From a virus, in the IMG/VR virus record IMGVR_UViG_3300030397_001037, positions 1-33,174 of that record: a stretch of 33,174 bases of DNA; one strand, 5' to 3'. This document shows positions 22,122-30,518 of this stretch, in pieces. A program made the translations under genes and the position numbers. How positions within the stretch are numbered: the first letter of the stretch is position 1; every line of letters begins with the position of its first letter. Under the pieces are notes generated by a model. It saw only the letters and a program-made list of their open reading frames with translations. It made no database searches and was not told the DNA's origin.

Positions 22122-22233
22122 CCAGGAACTAAAAGCAATGGTTTATGATGAGGCACAGAAATTGGCAATTGCTCAAAACAACATTAGACTATTGGAAGAG
22201 GAAATAAAGTCTAGAGAAACTGAGGAGAAATAA
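22099..22233 (+). CDS. Small coiled-coil protein, 44 aa (not in the ORF track)
   Basis: GGAGG (22089..22093) lies 5 nt before ATG 22099. Translation: MNLKEMSDQELKAMVYDEAQKLAIAQNNIRLLEEEIKSRETEEK. TAATG overlap with the next gene. Confidence 0.45.
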   Translation: MNLKEMSDQELKAMVYDEAQKLAIAQNNIRLLEEEIKSRETEEK

Positions 22234-23309
22234 TGGAGAGATTTACTATTAAGTTTGATAACTTATCTACTGTCCAAGATTTCTCTGATGAAGCTGAAAA
22301 TTACATAAGAGATACGTTTGAAATATATCAAGAAAGTACTGAGGTGTTCTACGTTGGATATAGAAAGCCATTTAATTCATTTTTCACAGAATTAAGCCAA
22401 GTATCCAGCACTGTAGAACCCCTAACTGTTGAATATTGGAATGGAACTGCATATACAGCAGTGCCTGGTCTTTCAGATAAGACCAGAGGCTATTCAAGGT
22501 CTGGATTTGTTGACTTTTCTAGAGAGATAACAGACTGGGCTAAAAATACAGTTGATTCAGTTGAGCTTTATTGGGTAAGAGTCAGTGCAAGTAGCCTACT
22601 TAATAACCCACAGATTCAAACAAAAGCTGGAAACAGCACAACAAGACTGGGGATTGAAGATGCTGACATTAGTAAGCTTAGTGTTGGGGATACTATTATT
22701 TTTGATACTACTTTGGATGGATTACAGGTTGTTGTTATTACAGCAAAAGATGATACGGCAGGAACAGCCTATGTTGACTTCCTACCAGCGACGGCAAATG
22801 CAGTTGATGACAACACAGATGTATTTAAACCGCTAATTATTAATGGAGTTAACATTCTTTTTTCAAGTGATATAGATATTGTTGAAGAAGTACCTTATAT
22901 AGATGGCAATATTAACTATCTACCAAGAGGTTTTACTTCTTATGTTCCATACCATCAGGCAGCTAGGAAGACTTTAATTCAAGAGCTAAGAAATAAGGGA
23001 AAAGCCAAGATAAATAACAAAGAGTTTAATACATCAAACAACTTTTGGAGTAACCTAACTCAGTTTGACATCCTAGATAGGACAGAATTGGCTGAAGCTG
23101 CTAAGCAAAAGGTATTAGAGATACTTTTCTTTAATACTAGTGATGAAGCTGATGATAAGTTTGAGCAGAAATCAAAAGAGCATAGAAGTAAGTATGCAGA
23201 TGCCTTTAGTTTGGCATTTTTAAGTCTTGATACAAATGATGATGGAATTGTGACTCAAGGTGAAGGTGAAAACCTCACAAAACAGGTCACAAGAATTAGA
23301 AGACTATGA
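22233..23309 (+). CDS. Structural (neck/connector-region) protein, 358 aa, with a C-terminal EF-hand-like loop
   Basis: It lies between the head and tail modules. DTNDDGIVTQGE (nt 23229..23264) matches the 12-residue EF-hand loop consensus at positions 1, 3, 5, 6, 8 and 12. Confidence 0.55.
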   Translation: MERFTIKFDNLSTVQDFSDEAENYIRDTFEIYQESTEVFYVGYRKPFNSFFTELSQVSSTVEPLTVEYWNGTAYTAVPGLSDKTRGYSRSGFVDFSREITDWAKNTVDSVELYWVRVSASSLLNNPQIQTKAGNSTTRLGIEDADISKLSVGDTIIFDTTLDGLQVVVITAKDDTAGTAYVDFLPATANAVDDNTDVFKPLIINGVNILFSSDIDIVEEVPYIDGNINYLPRGFTSYVPYHQAARKTLIQELRNKGKAKINNKEFNTSNNFWSNLTQFDILDRTELAEAAKQKVLEILFFNTSDEADDKFEQKSKEHRSKYADAFSLAFLSLDTNDDGIVTQGEGENLTKQVTRIRRL

Positions 23310-23758
23310 GTGATATAGTAAAAAACATTAGAACTGGTCTAGAGTCTGTGATTACAGATGTGCTAGGCTCTGAGTGGAATCCTCTCCAGTATAAATATGA
23401 TTTGGAAAAGAACCCCACCAATACATCAAAGAGGTGGGGTGTTGTGGTAGGTGATGGAGTGGCGAGCGCCACGGGTAGAATTGGAGATGTGACCATTGAT
23501 AGAACTTTTACGGTGACATTAGGTGATGAGCATGTCAACCAAGCAGATGACTCAAATGCTCAGACCGTTCAAGATAGTTTAGAGACATTACTGGATGATA
23601 TTTTCATCCAAGCAGCCCTGAAAAAATTAGGGGTGCCAAATCTAGTTTATAGTGTAACAATTAGTAGTATTAGTGAGCCTCTTTTGGTTGTGGATGGAAC
23701 TTTATTTATGCAAGCAACATACATAATCAAGTACAGGAGTGAGGCTTTTAGGTGCTAA
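23306..23758 (+). CDS. Hypothetical neck / tail-completion-position protein, 150 aa
   Basis: ATGA overlap upstream. It directly precedes the major tail gene. Confidence 0.5.
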   Translation: MSDIVKNIRTGLESVITDVLGSEWNPLQYKYDLEKNPTNTSKRWGVVVGDGVASATGRIGDVTIDRTFTVTLGDEHVNQADDSNAQTVQDSLETLLDDIFIQAALKKLGVPNLVYSVTISSISEPLLVVDGTLFMQATYIIKYRSEAFRC

Positions 23759-23776
23759 TTTACAAGGAGAGTAAAT

Positions 23777-24949
23777 ATGACAATTGGAGTACTTAAGAAC
23801 TCATCACTCTTTGCAGTTGTTGAGGAAGTCACAGAGGGAACAGCTGTAGACCCCACATTGGGTTCTCAGTTTATTCAGGTTCTAGATGCAGTAGAGCAAA
23901 CACCTGCTAAAGAATTGATTGATAGGGCAGTAATCACACCAAACAAAGGTAAGATTCAGCCTAGAGTATCTACATCAAGTGTTTCTGGTACAATTCCTAC
24001 AGAATTTAAAGCAAGTGGTACTGAAGGGGATGCTCCTGAGACAGACATCTTGTGGAAATCACTTTTGGGTGTAAGAAGGCAAATCACATCAAGAATTACT
24101 ACAGGAACAGGGCATACAACAAACACATTAAACATCATAGGTCACTCATTAGAGGTTGGAGATATAATTGTTATCTTAGAAGCCAATAATTACTGGTCTG
24201 CTGCTATTGAATCTGTTGACGGTGTTGATGATGTTACATTCTACCCTACAGCTCCATTCACTCCTAGTGACGCGGTTGAGTTAGCTGAGACAACTACCTA
24301 TAGAGCAGAAGGAAATGCTGAGCCAGCTTTCACCTTCAGCGCTTATTGGGGTAATGAGATTAAAGAGCAAGGAATTGGATGTAAGGCTAGTGCATGTTCA
24401 ATTGAGAATATCACAACTGGTCAAACTCCTAGCTCAAACTTCTCTTATGAGGGACTAAGCTTTGATGAGGCTGATGAGGTAGCACCTGTTACACCATCTT
24501 TTGACCCATCACTACCTCCAATTGCTTTAAGTATGGTGGTTGCTTACAATGATGTATGTCTAGACATGAATGAAACATCATTATCCATTGAAAACACAGT
24601 ATCTTTCTTAACTTCTGTTAAATCTGATGATGGTAGAGTTAGTTCAAGGATTTCTGAGAGGGCTGTTAGTGGTACATTAACCCCTTACTTGGATGATACT
24701 GATTTAAGTATTTTTAATATCTTTAAGAATAATACAGAAGCACCTTTATTTGTTTCTGCATTTAATGTAGACCCTGCAAATGCTGGTCAATTTGAACTTG
24801 GTTCAATGGTTGCTTATTACTGCCCTAATACTCTGATTACCGGCTTAACTAAGGCTGACCTAGAGGGCACACTGACAAGACCTATTGAATTCCAGGCAAA
24901 CACTGGTGCAACTGGTGACTTGATTGAGATTTTTGTAGGATTCTGCTAA
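23777..24949 (+). CDS. Major tail (tube) protein
   Basis: 390 aa, SD AAGGAG. It lies directly upstream of the G/GT chaperone pair and the tape measure gene. The call is by synteny. Confidence 0.55.
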   Translation: MTIGVLKNSSLFAVVEEVTEGTAVDPTLGSQFIQVLDAVEQTPAKELIDRAVITPNKGKIQPRVSTSSVSGTIPTEFKASGTEGDAPETDILWKSLLGVRRQITSRITTGTGHTTNTLNIIGHSLEVGDIIVILEANNYWSAAIESVDGVDDVTFYPTAPFTPSDAVELAETTTYRAEGNAEPAFTFSAYWGNEIKEQGIGCKASACSIENITTGQTPSSNFSYEGLSFDEADEVAPVTPSFDPSLPPIALSMVVAYNDVCLDMNETSLSIENTVSFLTSVKSDDGRVSSRISERAVSGTLTPYLDDTDLSIFNIFKNNTEAPLFVSAFNVDPANAGQFELGSMVAYYCPNTLITGLTKADLEGTLTRPIEFQANTGATGDLIEIFVGFC

Positions 24950-24976
24950 GAAATAAAGGCTATCAAGGAGGCAAAG

Positions 24977-25396
24977 ATGGCTATTGTTGCTTACAGACCA
25001 GGTGACCTGGTCAAAATTAAGATTGGTGAGGCTGTATTTCACGTTTCACCATTAAAGTATGGTCAGAAGACTGAAATTCTAAGTCTGACTCAACCACAAG
25101 GCGGTATTGTATTCACTGATGTAGCTCAAGCTAGCTATAAGTTAGTGAAGTATTGCGTTAAAAGAGTTGAAAACATTGTTTATCCAGATGGAAAACCACT
25201 TGGAATCAGTGTGGTTAATGATGAGTTAACTGATGAGAGTGCTGAAGAGCTTATGAACCTTAGTATTACAGCAGAGCTTATTTTAGCGTGTCAAAGCATG
25301 CTTGGCGGTGTACCAGATAAGGTAATCCACCCCCAAACTGGTGAAGTTGTTCAAAATATTAAGATTCTTAAGGATAAGAAAGCTCAAAAAAAGTAA
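24977..25396 (+). CDS. Tail assembly chaperone (gpG-like)
   Basis: 139 aa, between the tail tube and tape measure genes. It ends with the slippery site A_AAA_AAG followed by TAA. Confidence 0.7.
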   Translation: MAIVAYRPGDLVKIKIGEAVFHVSPLKYGQKTEILSLTQPQGGIVFTDVAQASYKLVKYCVKRVENIVYPDGKPLGISVVNDELTDESAEELMNLSITAELILACQSMLGGVPDKVIHPQTGEVVQNIKILKDKKAQKK

Positions 25397-25893
25397 TATA
25401 CAATGCTCCAGACTTATTCTGGCAGGTTTTTACTCTAAAAACGCATGATATAAACCATGTGACTGACTGGGAGAGGGCATTGTTAGTATGTACGTTAGAG
25501 GCAATCTTTAATGAAGATGATTATTTCACATGCCATAAATGCTTAAGCTCTTTTTCTAATCAACCTGAAGGGGATGACAAGGAAAAGCTTCTAACAAAGA
25601 TGAGAAAGCTTAAGGGTTGCTGGGGTACTATTAGGCAATCATATAGAGTTGATAAATTTGAAGTAAGCACCTGCCCAGGTAATTACTCTACTCATCAAGT
25701 ACATGAATTCTTCTCCTGGTATCTTAAGTATGAACAATTTGGAATACTACCTTATCCAGGTAGTTTATATGACCAGCCTGCTAAAATAATGGAGATTTTT
25801 GACATTATAGGCAGCATTAAGTTCAAGAAATTAAAAGAGAGAAAGGATAGGCAAGAGATGGAAAACAAGAGAAATAGACTTAAAGGTAAATAG
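24977..25893 (+). CDS. Tail assembly chaperone frameshift fusion (gpGT-like; join 24977..25393, 25393..25893)
   Basis: The frame changes from pos mod 3 = 2 to pos mod 3 = 1, which is a -1 shift. There are no stops between the slip site and 25459. The downstream ORF has no SD or ATG of its own. The extension carries CHKC ... GCWG ... TCPG cysteines. Confidence 0.6.
25387..25393 (+). promoter_or_regulatory. Programmed -1 ribosomal frameshift slippery heptamer A_AAA_AAG
   Basis: In the zero frame the sequence reads ca-A AAA AAG TAA. The -1 frame opens at 25378, after a TAA at 25375..25377. It then stays open (GTA ATA TAC AAT ... CAT GTG) into track ORF 25459..25893. Confidence 0.7.
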
Positions 25894-25934
25894 TATTTAG
25901 AATAGACTAAGTAATGCATTCCAAGGATGATTGA

Positions 25935-28298
25935 ATGGCAAATGAAGTTGAAGTCACGCTAAAACTCAATGTAAATCAAGCCCAACAAGTCATTAGAGCA
26001 GCAGAAAACGGCTTTAAACAGTTTGGGAGCACAGCAGAGAAGAGTCTGGGTGTTGCAGATGTTGCTTTTGGCTCATTTGTTGGAAATATTGCTGCTGCAG
26101 GACTTGAGAAGATAATCTCAGGCATTGCAGGTTCATTTGGAGGCTTAGTTGATGCTACTAAAGACCTTGAGGCAATTGAGACAAGGTTTAAGGTATTAAC
26201 AGGCAGTGCAGATGAAGCTCAGAAGGTTTTAGCTAATCTTCAGACATTTGCTGCAGGAACGCCATTTCAGTTACCAGGCTTAGCTGATGCAACAGCACAA
26301 CTAATCTCTTTTGGGGTATCAACTAATGACCTAGAGCCAACATTAAGACAGTTGGGTGACCTTGCTGCTGGTGCAGGAACTCAAATTGGTGAATTAACCA
26401 TTCCGTTTGGGCGTTTAATCTCAACTCAGAAACTAACATTACAAGAACTAGATAAATTTGCTGATAGAGGTATTAATATTTTTGCAGGTCTTGCTGAGAA
26501 ATCAGGAGTATCTCTTGGCTCCATTAGAGATGAGATATCAAAAGGAAATGTACCATTTGAGGACTTTATTGAGGTTATTAATGAAGCCACAAGTGAAGGC
26601 GGTCAGTTCTTTGGTGCCACTGCTGAGCTATCACAAACACTAGGTGGTGTTTTATCAACACTAGGAGATAACTTCTTTGCGCTACAAGGGGCAATTGGTG
26701 GAACATTTAATGCTGCCCTAATAAGTGGTGCTAGCGTTCTTATTGAAACACTTCAAAGCCTTGTTGGATTTATTCAAGAGAATGAAGCTGCACTAAAAGC
26801 ATTTTCACAGGCTTTAGTTGGTGGTGTTATCAACGGATTTCAAACATTAGTTGCTGTTGCCCAAGGTGTTGTTGGGTTTTTTGCTAACTTTGACCAGGTT
26901 ATAACAAGAAATAAATCAAATATTGAAGCCGCTGGTATAGCTGTTGCTGCTCTGGGGACAGCACTTCTTATACAAAATGCCGGTTTAATAGCCAGTGCAG
27001 TTGCAGCCAATGCTGCTGGGGCTGCCCTGGTTGTTTATAATGGGGCTGTTGCTATTGCTAGAACAGGAACTGCCATCTTCAATGCCATATTAAACCTAAA
27101 TCCAATTGTTCTACTTGTAACTGGATTAGGATTAGCTGCTGCCGCTTTTGTTAAGTTCAATGGAGGTATAGATGGTGCCATTGGAAAACTTAAGGAATGG
27201 ACAGGCGCTGTATTACAATTCTTTCAACCTGGAATAGAGGTTATATTGCAAGGTGTGGCAAAAGTTGCCGGTATATTTGATAAAGACCTTGCTGATTCTG
27301 CTAGAACCGCAATTGCAGAGATTGCAGAGTTCTCAAAACAATTAGAGGAGTCTGGTAAGAAACAAAATGAGGTTGCGTTAGCAGCAGAAAATTCAGCTCA
27401 AAAGATTGTTGAGGCAGAAGCTGTTAAAAGAGAGGCTGTTGCTGAAACAAATGCTCAGGCAGATGAAAATAAGAACAAAGCTATATCAAACGCACAAGAA
27501 GTTGCTGATTTTGAAACATTACTGGCAGATGCTAAAAAAGAAAGACAAGCTGAAGAGTTTGAACTTGATAGAGAGCGTGCTGAAATTAAAAAAGGAACTG
27601 AGTTAGAGGAGCTAGCAAGTCTCATAGGTGAGAGAGATGCACTTGAAACTCAAGCTGAAGTAGAAAAGTTACAAAGACAAGGTAAAAATGCTGAGGCTGA
27701 GAAGTTAATTAAAGATAAACTTGCTAAAGCTGATGAACAAAGACTATTTGCTGTTCAAAAGTTTGAAGATAAAACAAATAAGCAAAAGATTGATGGGTTG
27801 AAATCTACATTAGGTACAGTATCAAGCCTTCAATCAAGTAATAATAAGACCCTATTTAGAATTGGTCAGGCAGGGGCAATTGCCAATGCAACAATTAGTG
27901 GTTTTGAAGGGTTTGCCAGAGCATTAGGTGCAGCACCGCCCCCATTTAACTTTATCCTTGCTGGTTTAGTTGCAGCCGCTTCAGCAGCTAACATTGCTAA
28001 GATTGCCAGCTCATCACCTCCATCATTTCAGTTTGGTGGTATTGTTCCTGGTCAACCAAGTAATGCTGATAACCAAATTATAACTGCTGCTAGTGGTGAG
28101 GCTGTTTTAAATAGACAACAACAGGCTGAGCTCTTCAACCAACTCAATACGGGTGGTGGAGAAGGAAGTGGTAACACAATTAACATCAATGTTGAGTCCT
28201 CTACAGGTGATATTCCTGATGAAAATGTAGATAATATTGTAGATAACATTAATAATAGGACTGAATTTGGTAATGTGCAGGTAAATACCGGAGCATAA
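25935..28298 (+). CDS. Tape measure protein
   Basis: 787 aa, Ala/Gly-rich, with central hydrophobic segments (AAGIAVAALGTALLIQNAGLIASAV...), a long charged coiled-coil and a GGIVPG-type C-terminus. Canonical position. Confidence 0.85.
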   Translation: MANEVEVTLKLNVNQAQQVIRAAENGFKQFGSTAEKSLGVADVAFGSFVGNIAAAGLEKIISGIAGSFGGLVDATKDLEAIETRFKVLTGSADEAQKVLANLQTFAAGTPFQLPGLADATAQLISFGVSTNDLEPTLRQLGDLAAGAGTQIGELTIPFGRLISTQKLTLQELDKFADRGINIFAGLAEKSGVSLGSIRDEISKGNVPFEDFIEVINEATSEGGQFFGATAELSQTLGGVLSTLGDNFFALQGAIGGTFNAALISGASVLIETLQSLVGFIQENEAALKAFSQALVGGVINGFQTLVAVAQGVVGFFANFDQVITRNKSNIEAAGIAVAALGTALLIQNAGLIASAVAANAAGAALVVYNGAVAIARTGTAIFNAILNLNPIVLLVTGLGLAAAAFVKFNGGIDGAIGKLKEWTGAVLQFFQPGIEVILQGVAKVAGIFDKDLADSARTAIAEIAEFSKQLEESGKKQNEVALAAENSAQKIVEAEAVKREAVAETNAQADENKNKAISNAQEVADFETLLADAKKERQAEEFELDRERAEIKKGTELEELASLIGERDALETQAEVEKLQRQGKNAEAEKLIKDKLAKADEQRLFAVQKFEDKTNKQKIDGLKSTLGTVSSLQSSNNKTLFRIGQAGAIANATISGFEGFARALGAAPPPFNFILAGLVAAASAANIAKIASSSPPSFQFGGIVPGQPSNADNQIITAASGEAVLNRQQQAELFNQLNTGGGEGSGNTININVESSTGDIPDENVDNIVDNINNRTEFGNVQVNTGA

Positions 28299-28299
28299 T

Positions 28300-28722
28300 A
28301 TGGCAATAGAGCTACCTAAGTTTGAATATGTCCACCCAGTAGATGGAGCAACTGTTCTAGAGTTTGACTTACCCCCTGAGGGTGACCCAATAAGAGAGAG
28401 GGTTAGAGCAAGAGAGAGAACTCAGCCAAGCGCTACTGGAATAGAGCAAACTCAATTCTTTTTCTTTGAATCAAACTTTGAATTGAGGATGATTTTTATA
28501 ACAGAAGCTAAATTAAATGAAATAAGAAAGTTTTTTTATGACTTTGCTGGACAGGGAGGAGAATTTGAATACTTCCCTGATAAAACAGATACAGAATCAT
28601 TTACATGCTCACTTAGGTCAAAGGACTTAAGACCTACAAGGGTTAGGTCAGATGGTGCTGGTGGTTTTGAGTATGATGTTAGGTTTCAGCTGAGGTCATT
28701 GGATAGGTTTCCAGTAGTATGA
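28300..28722 (+). CDS. Minor tail protein, 140 aa (distal-tail position)
   Basis: It starts 2 nt after the tape measure stop. The call is by synteny only. Confidence 0.5.
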   Translation: MAIELPKFEYVHPVDGATVLEFDLPPEGDPIRERVRARERTQPSATGIEQTQFFFFESNFELRMIFITEAKLNEIRKFFYDFAGQGGEFEYFPDKTDTESFTCSLRSKDLRPTRVRSDGAGGFEYDVRFQLRSLDRFPVV

Positions 28723-30500
28723 CATATGAAACAGAATTACAGAATAAACAATTCCAACTTAACCTTGTTCTCAGCGTTGGTGGAGAGCTTTTTTCATCTT
28801 ATCAAGTAGATTCTGATGTTGGTGATTTACTTGGTACTGGCTCTGGTATTCCTACCAATAGAATTGGTCTTATAAACAAAGTACGCTCATCAGGGAATAA
28901 AACAGATATAAGAAATGTAAGAACATCACTTGCATCACTTACTTTTGAGCTTTTAGATAAAGATGCAAGAGTCACTGCAATCTTAACTTCAGATGAAGAA
29001 AACTTACTTGAAAAAGAGGTTATATTTTATGTGGGATTTATTACTGGTTCTTTTGATTTTGCTGATTACCAGCTTATATCTAAGACTTATGTAAAATCTG
29101 TTAGAAAAAGACAAAACTTCTACCAATTTAATGCAAGGGAAACAACATCACTGCTTAGAAAGCGTATCTTCTCAATAAATTCACCACTGGATGGTGATAT
29201 AAACTCCTTAGCAACAACATTAGTGGTAAATGATGGAAGCATATTCCCTACAAGCGGAAGAATTAAGATAAATAATGAATTTATCCAATATAATGGCGTT
29301 TCTGTTAACACTCTTCAAAATCTCTCTAGAGGGGATTTGAATTCAACTGCTGACAGCCATGAAGATGGTGATTTAGTCTTTTTTGTACAAGAGGTTGAGG
29401 ATAATCCTATAGATATCATGCTTCAGATAATAACATCTGATGTTGGTGACATGAGTAATGGAACATTTGATGTTTTATCTACTGGTGGAATGGGAATTGA
29501 TGAATCCTTAATAGATGTCACAACTTTTACTGATATTAGAGATACATTCTTTAGTGGTGAAGAGTTTAGGGACCATTTATATGATATTTCTGATGGATTA
29601 AGATATCTTGAGAAAGAATATTTAAAAGCAAACAATCTAAGGTTTATTACAAAGGATGGTAAAATCAGCTTAGCTGTTTTAGACCAAATTGACCTAACAG
29701 CAACAGTTCCTGAGTTAAAAGAAGATGACCAAGAGGAAGGTGCTAGCTGGCAGGCTAAGTCTGATAAAATTGTTAATGAAATAACCATACAATATGACTT
29801 TATTGAGGGTCTTAGACGCTTTTCTAGGACTCAAGTGTTCACAGATGATGATTCTATTACAAAGTTTGGTAGAAAACCCTTAGTTCTACAATTTAGAGCC
29901 ATAAGAGCTGACTTATCAGGGACTGCTATAGCCACAAATAGAGCAACAAGACTTTTGGGTAGACTATCTACACCAAGAGCATCAGTTAAAGTGAAAACCC
30001 ATTTTAGTGAGTCTAATTTTAACCTTGGGGACAAGGTTTTGTTCTCAAACAGATTCCTTCCACAGCAAGGTGGTGGATTAGGGATGGCTGAGCAGCTTGA
30101 AATCCTCTCAAGAGCAGTTGATTGGGATACTGGAAGAGCTTCATTTGATTTAGAGTTCACATCATACGCTGGTTTAAGAATAGGGCTAATTGCACCAAGC
30201 CCCTTTCCGGTTTCCGTATCAAGTCAAACCGTTTTTGATGTTCCTGATGGCACATGCTACAGGGTTGATGATGTTATTTGGCTGGAAGATGACCCAGGAG
30301 TGTATAGAACAATAATTGACGTAACTGGTAATACAATAACTATATCAAGTGCTTTTTTAACAACCCTTACAACTTTAACTAGAGTAAAAATAGCTCCATA
30401 TGACCTAGCTAGTGAATTTCAAAGGTCTAGGTATGCTTACATTGTGGATGGCACGGGATTTTTTGGTGACGGAACAAAGGGTTATCAGATACTATTTTAG
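28719..30500 (+). CDS. Tail tip / hub-position protein, 593 aa
   Basis: ATGA overlap upstream. Its size and position lie between the distal tail protein and the large fibre gene. Confidence 0.55.
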   Translation: MTYETELQNKQFQLNLVLSVGGELFSSYQVDSDVGDLLGTGSGIPTNRIGLINKVRSSGNKTDIRNVRTSLASLTFELLDKDARVTAILTSDEENLLEKEVIFYVGFITGSFDFADYQLISKTYVKSVRKRQNFYQFNARETTSLLRKRIFSINSPLDGDINSLATTLVVNDGSIFPTSGRIKINNEFIQYNGVSVNTLQNLSRGDLNSTADSHEDGDLVFFVQEVEDNPIDIMLQIITSDVGDMSNGTFDVLSTGGMGIDESLIDVTTFTDIRDTFFSGEEFRDHLYDISDGLRYLEKEYLKANNLRFITKDGKISLAVLDQIDLTATVPELKEDDQEEGASWQAKSDKIVNEITIQYDFIEGLRRFSRTQVFTDDDSITKFGRKPLVLQFRAIRADLSGTAIATNRATRLLGRLSTPRASVKVKTHFSESNFNLGDKVLFSNRFLPQQGGGLGMAEQLEILSRAVDWDTGRASFDLEFTSYAGLRIGLIAPSPFPVSVSSQTVFDVPDGTCYRVDDVIWLEDDPGVYRTIIDVTGNTITISSAFLTTLTTLTRVKIAPYDLASEFQRSRYAYIVDGTGFFGDGTKGYQILF

Positions 30501-30518
30501 ATATATTAGGAGTAACAT

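Noticed and set aside
3348-27606. Same-strand out-of-frame track ORFs nested in larger genes (for example 3348..3560, 19403..19690, 22585..22836, 26458..26643, 27406..27606). Also minus- or plus-strand shadows in the early arms (4208..4483, 4528..4737, 4598..4813, 5208..5393, 7351..7539, 8513..8716, 9020..9370, 11541..11783, 12468..12713, 19702..20062, 21649..21982, 23296..23538, 23956..24138, 24860..25042, 32830..33033)
   Set aside because: Each lies wholly inside a longer ORF with motif or synteny support. None has a convincing ribosome-binding site.
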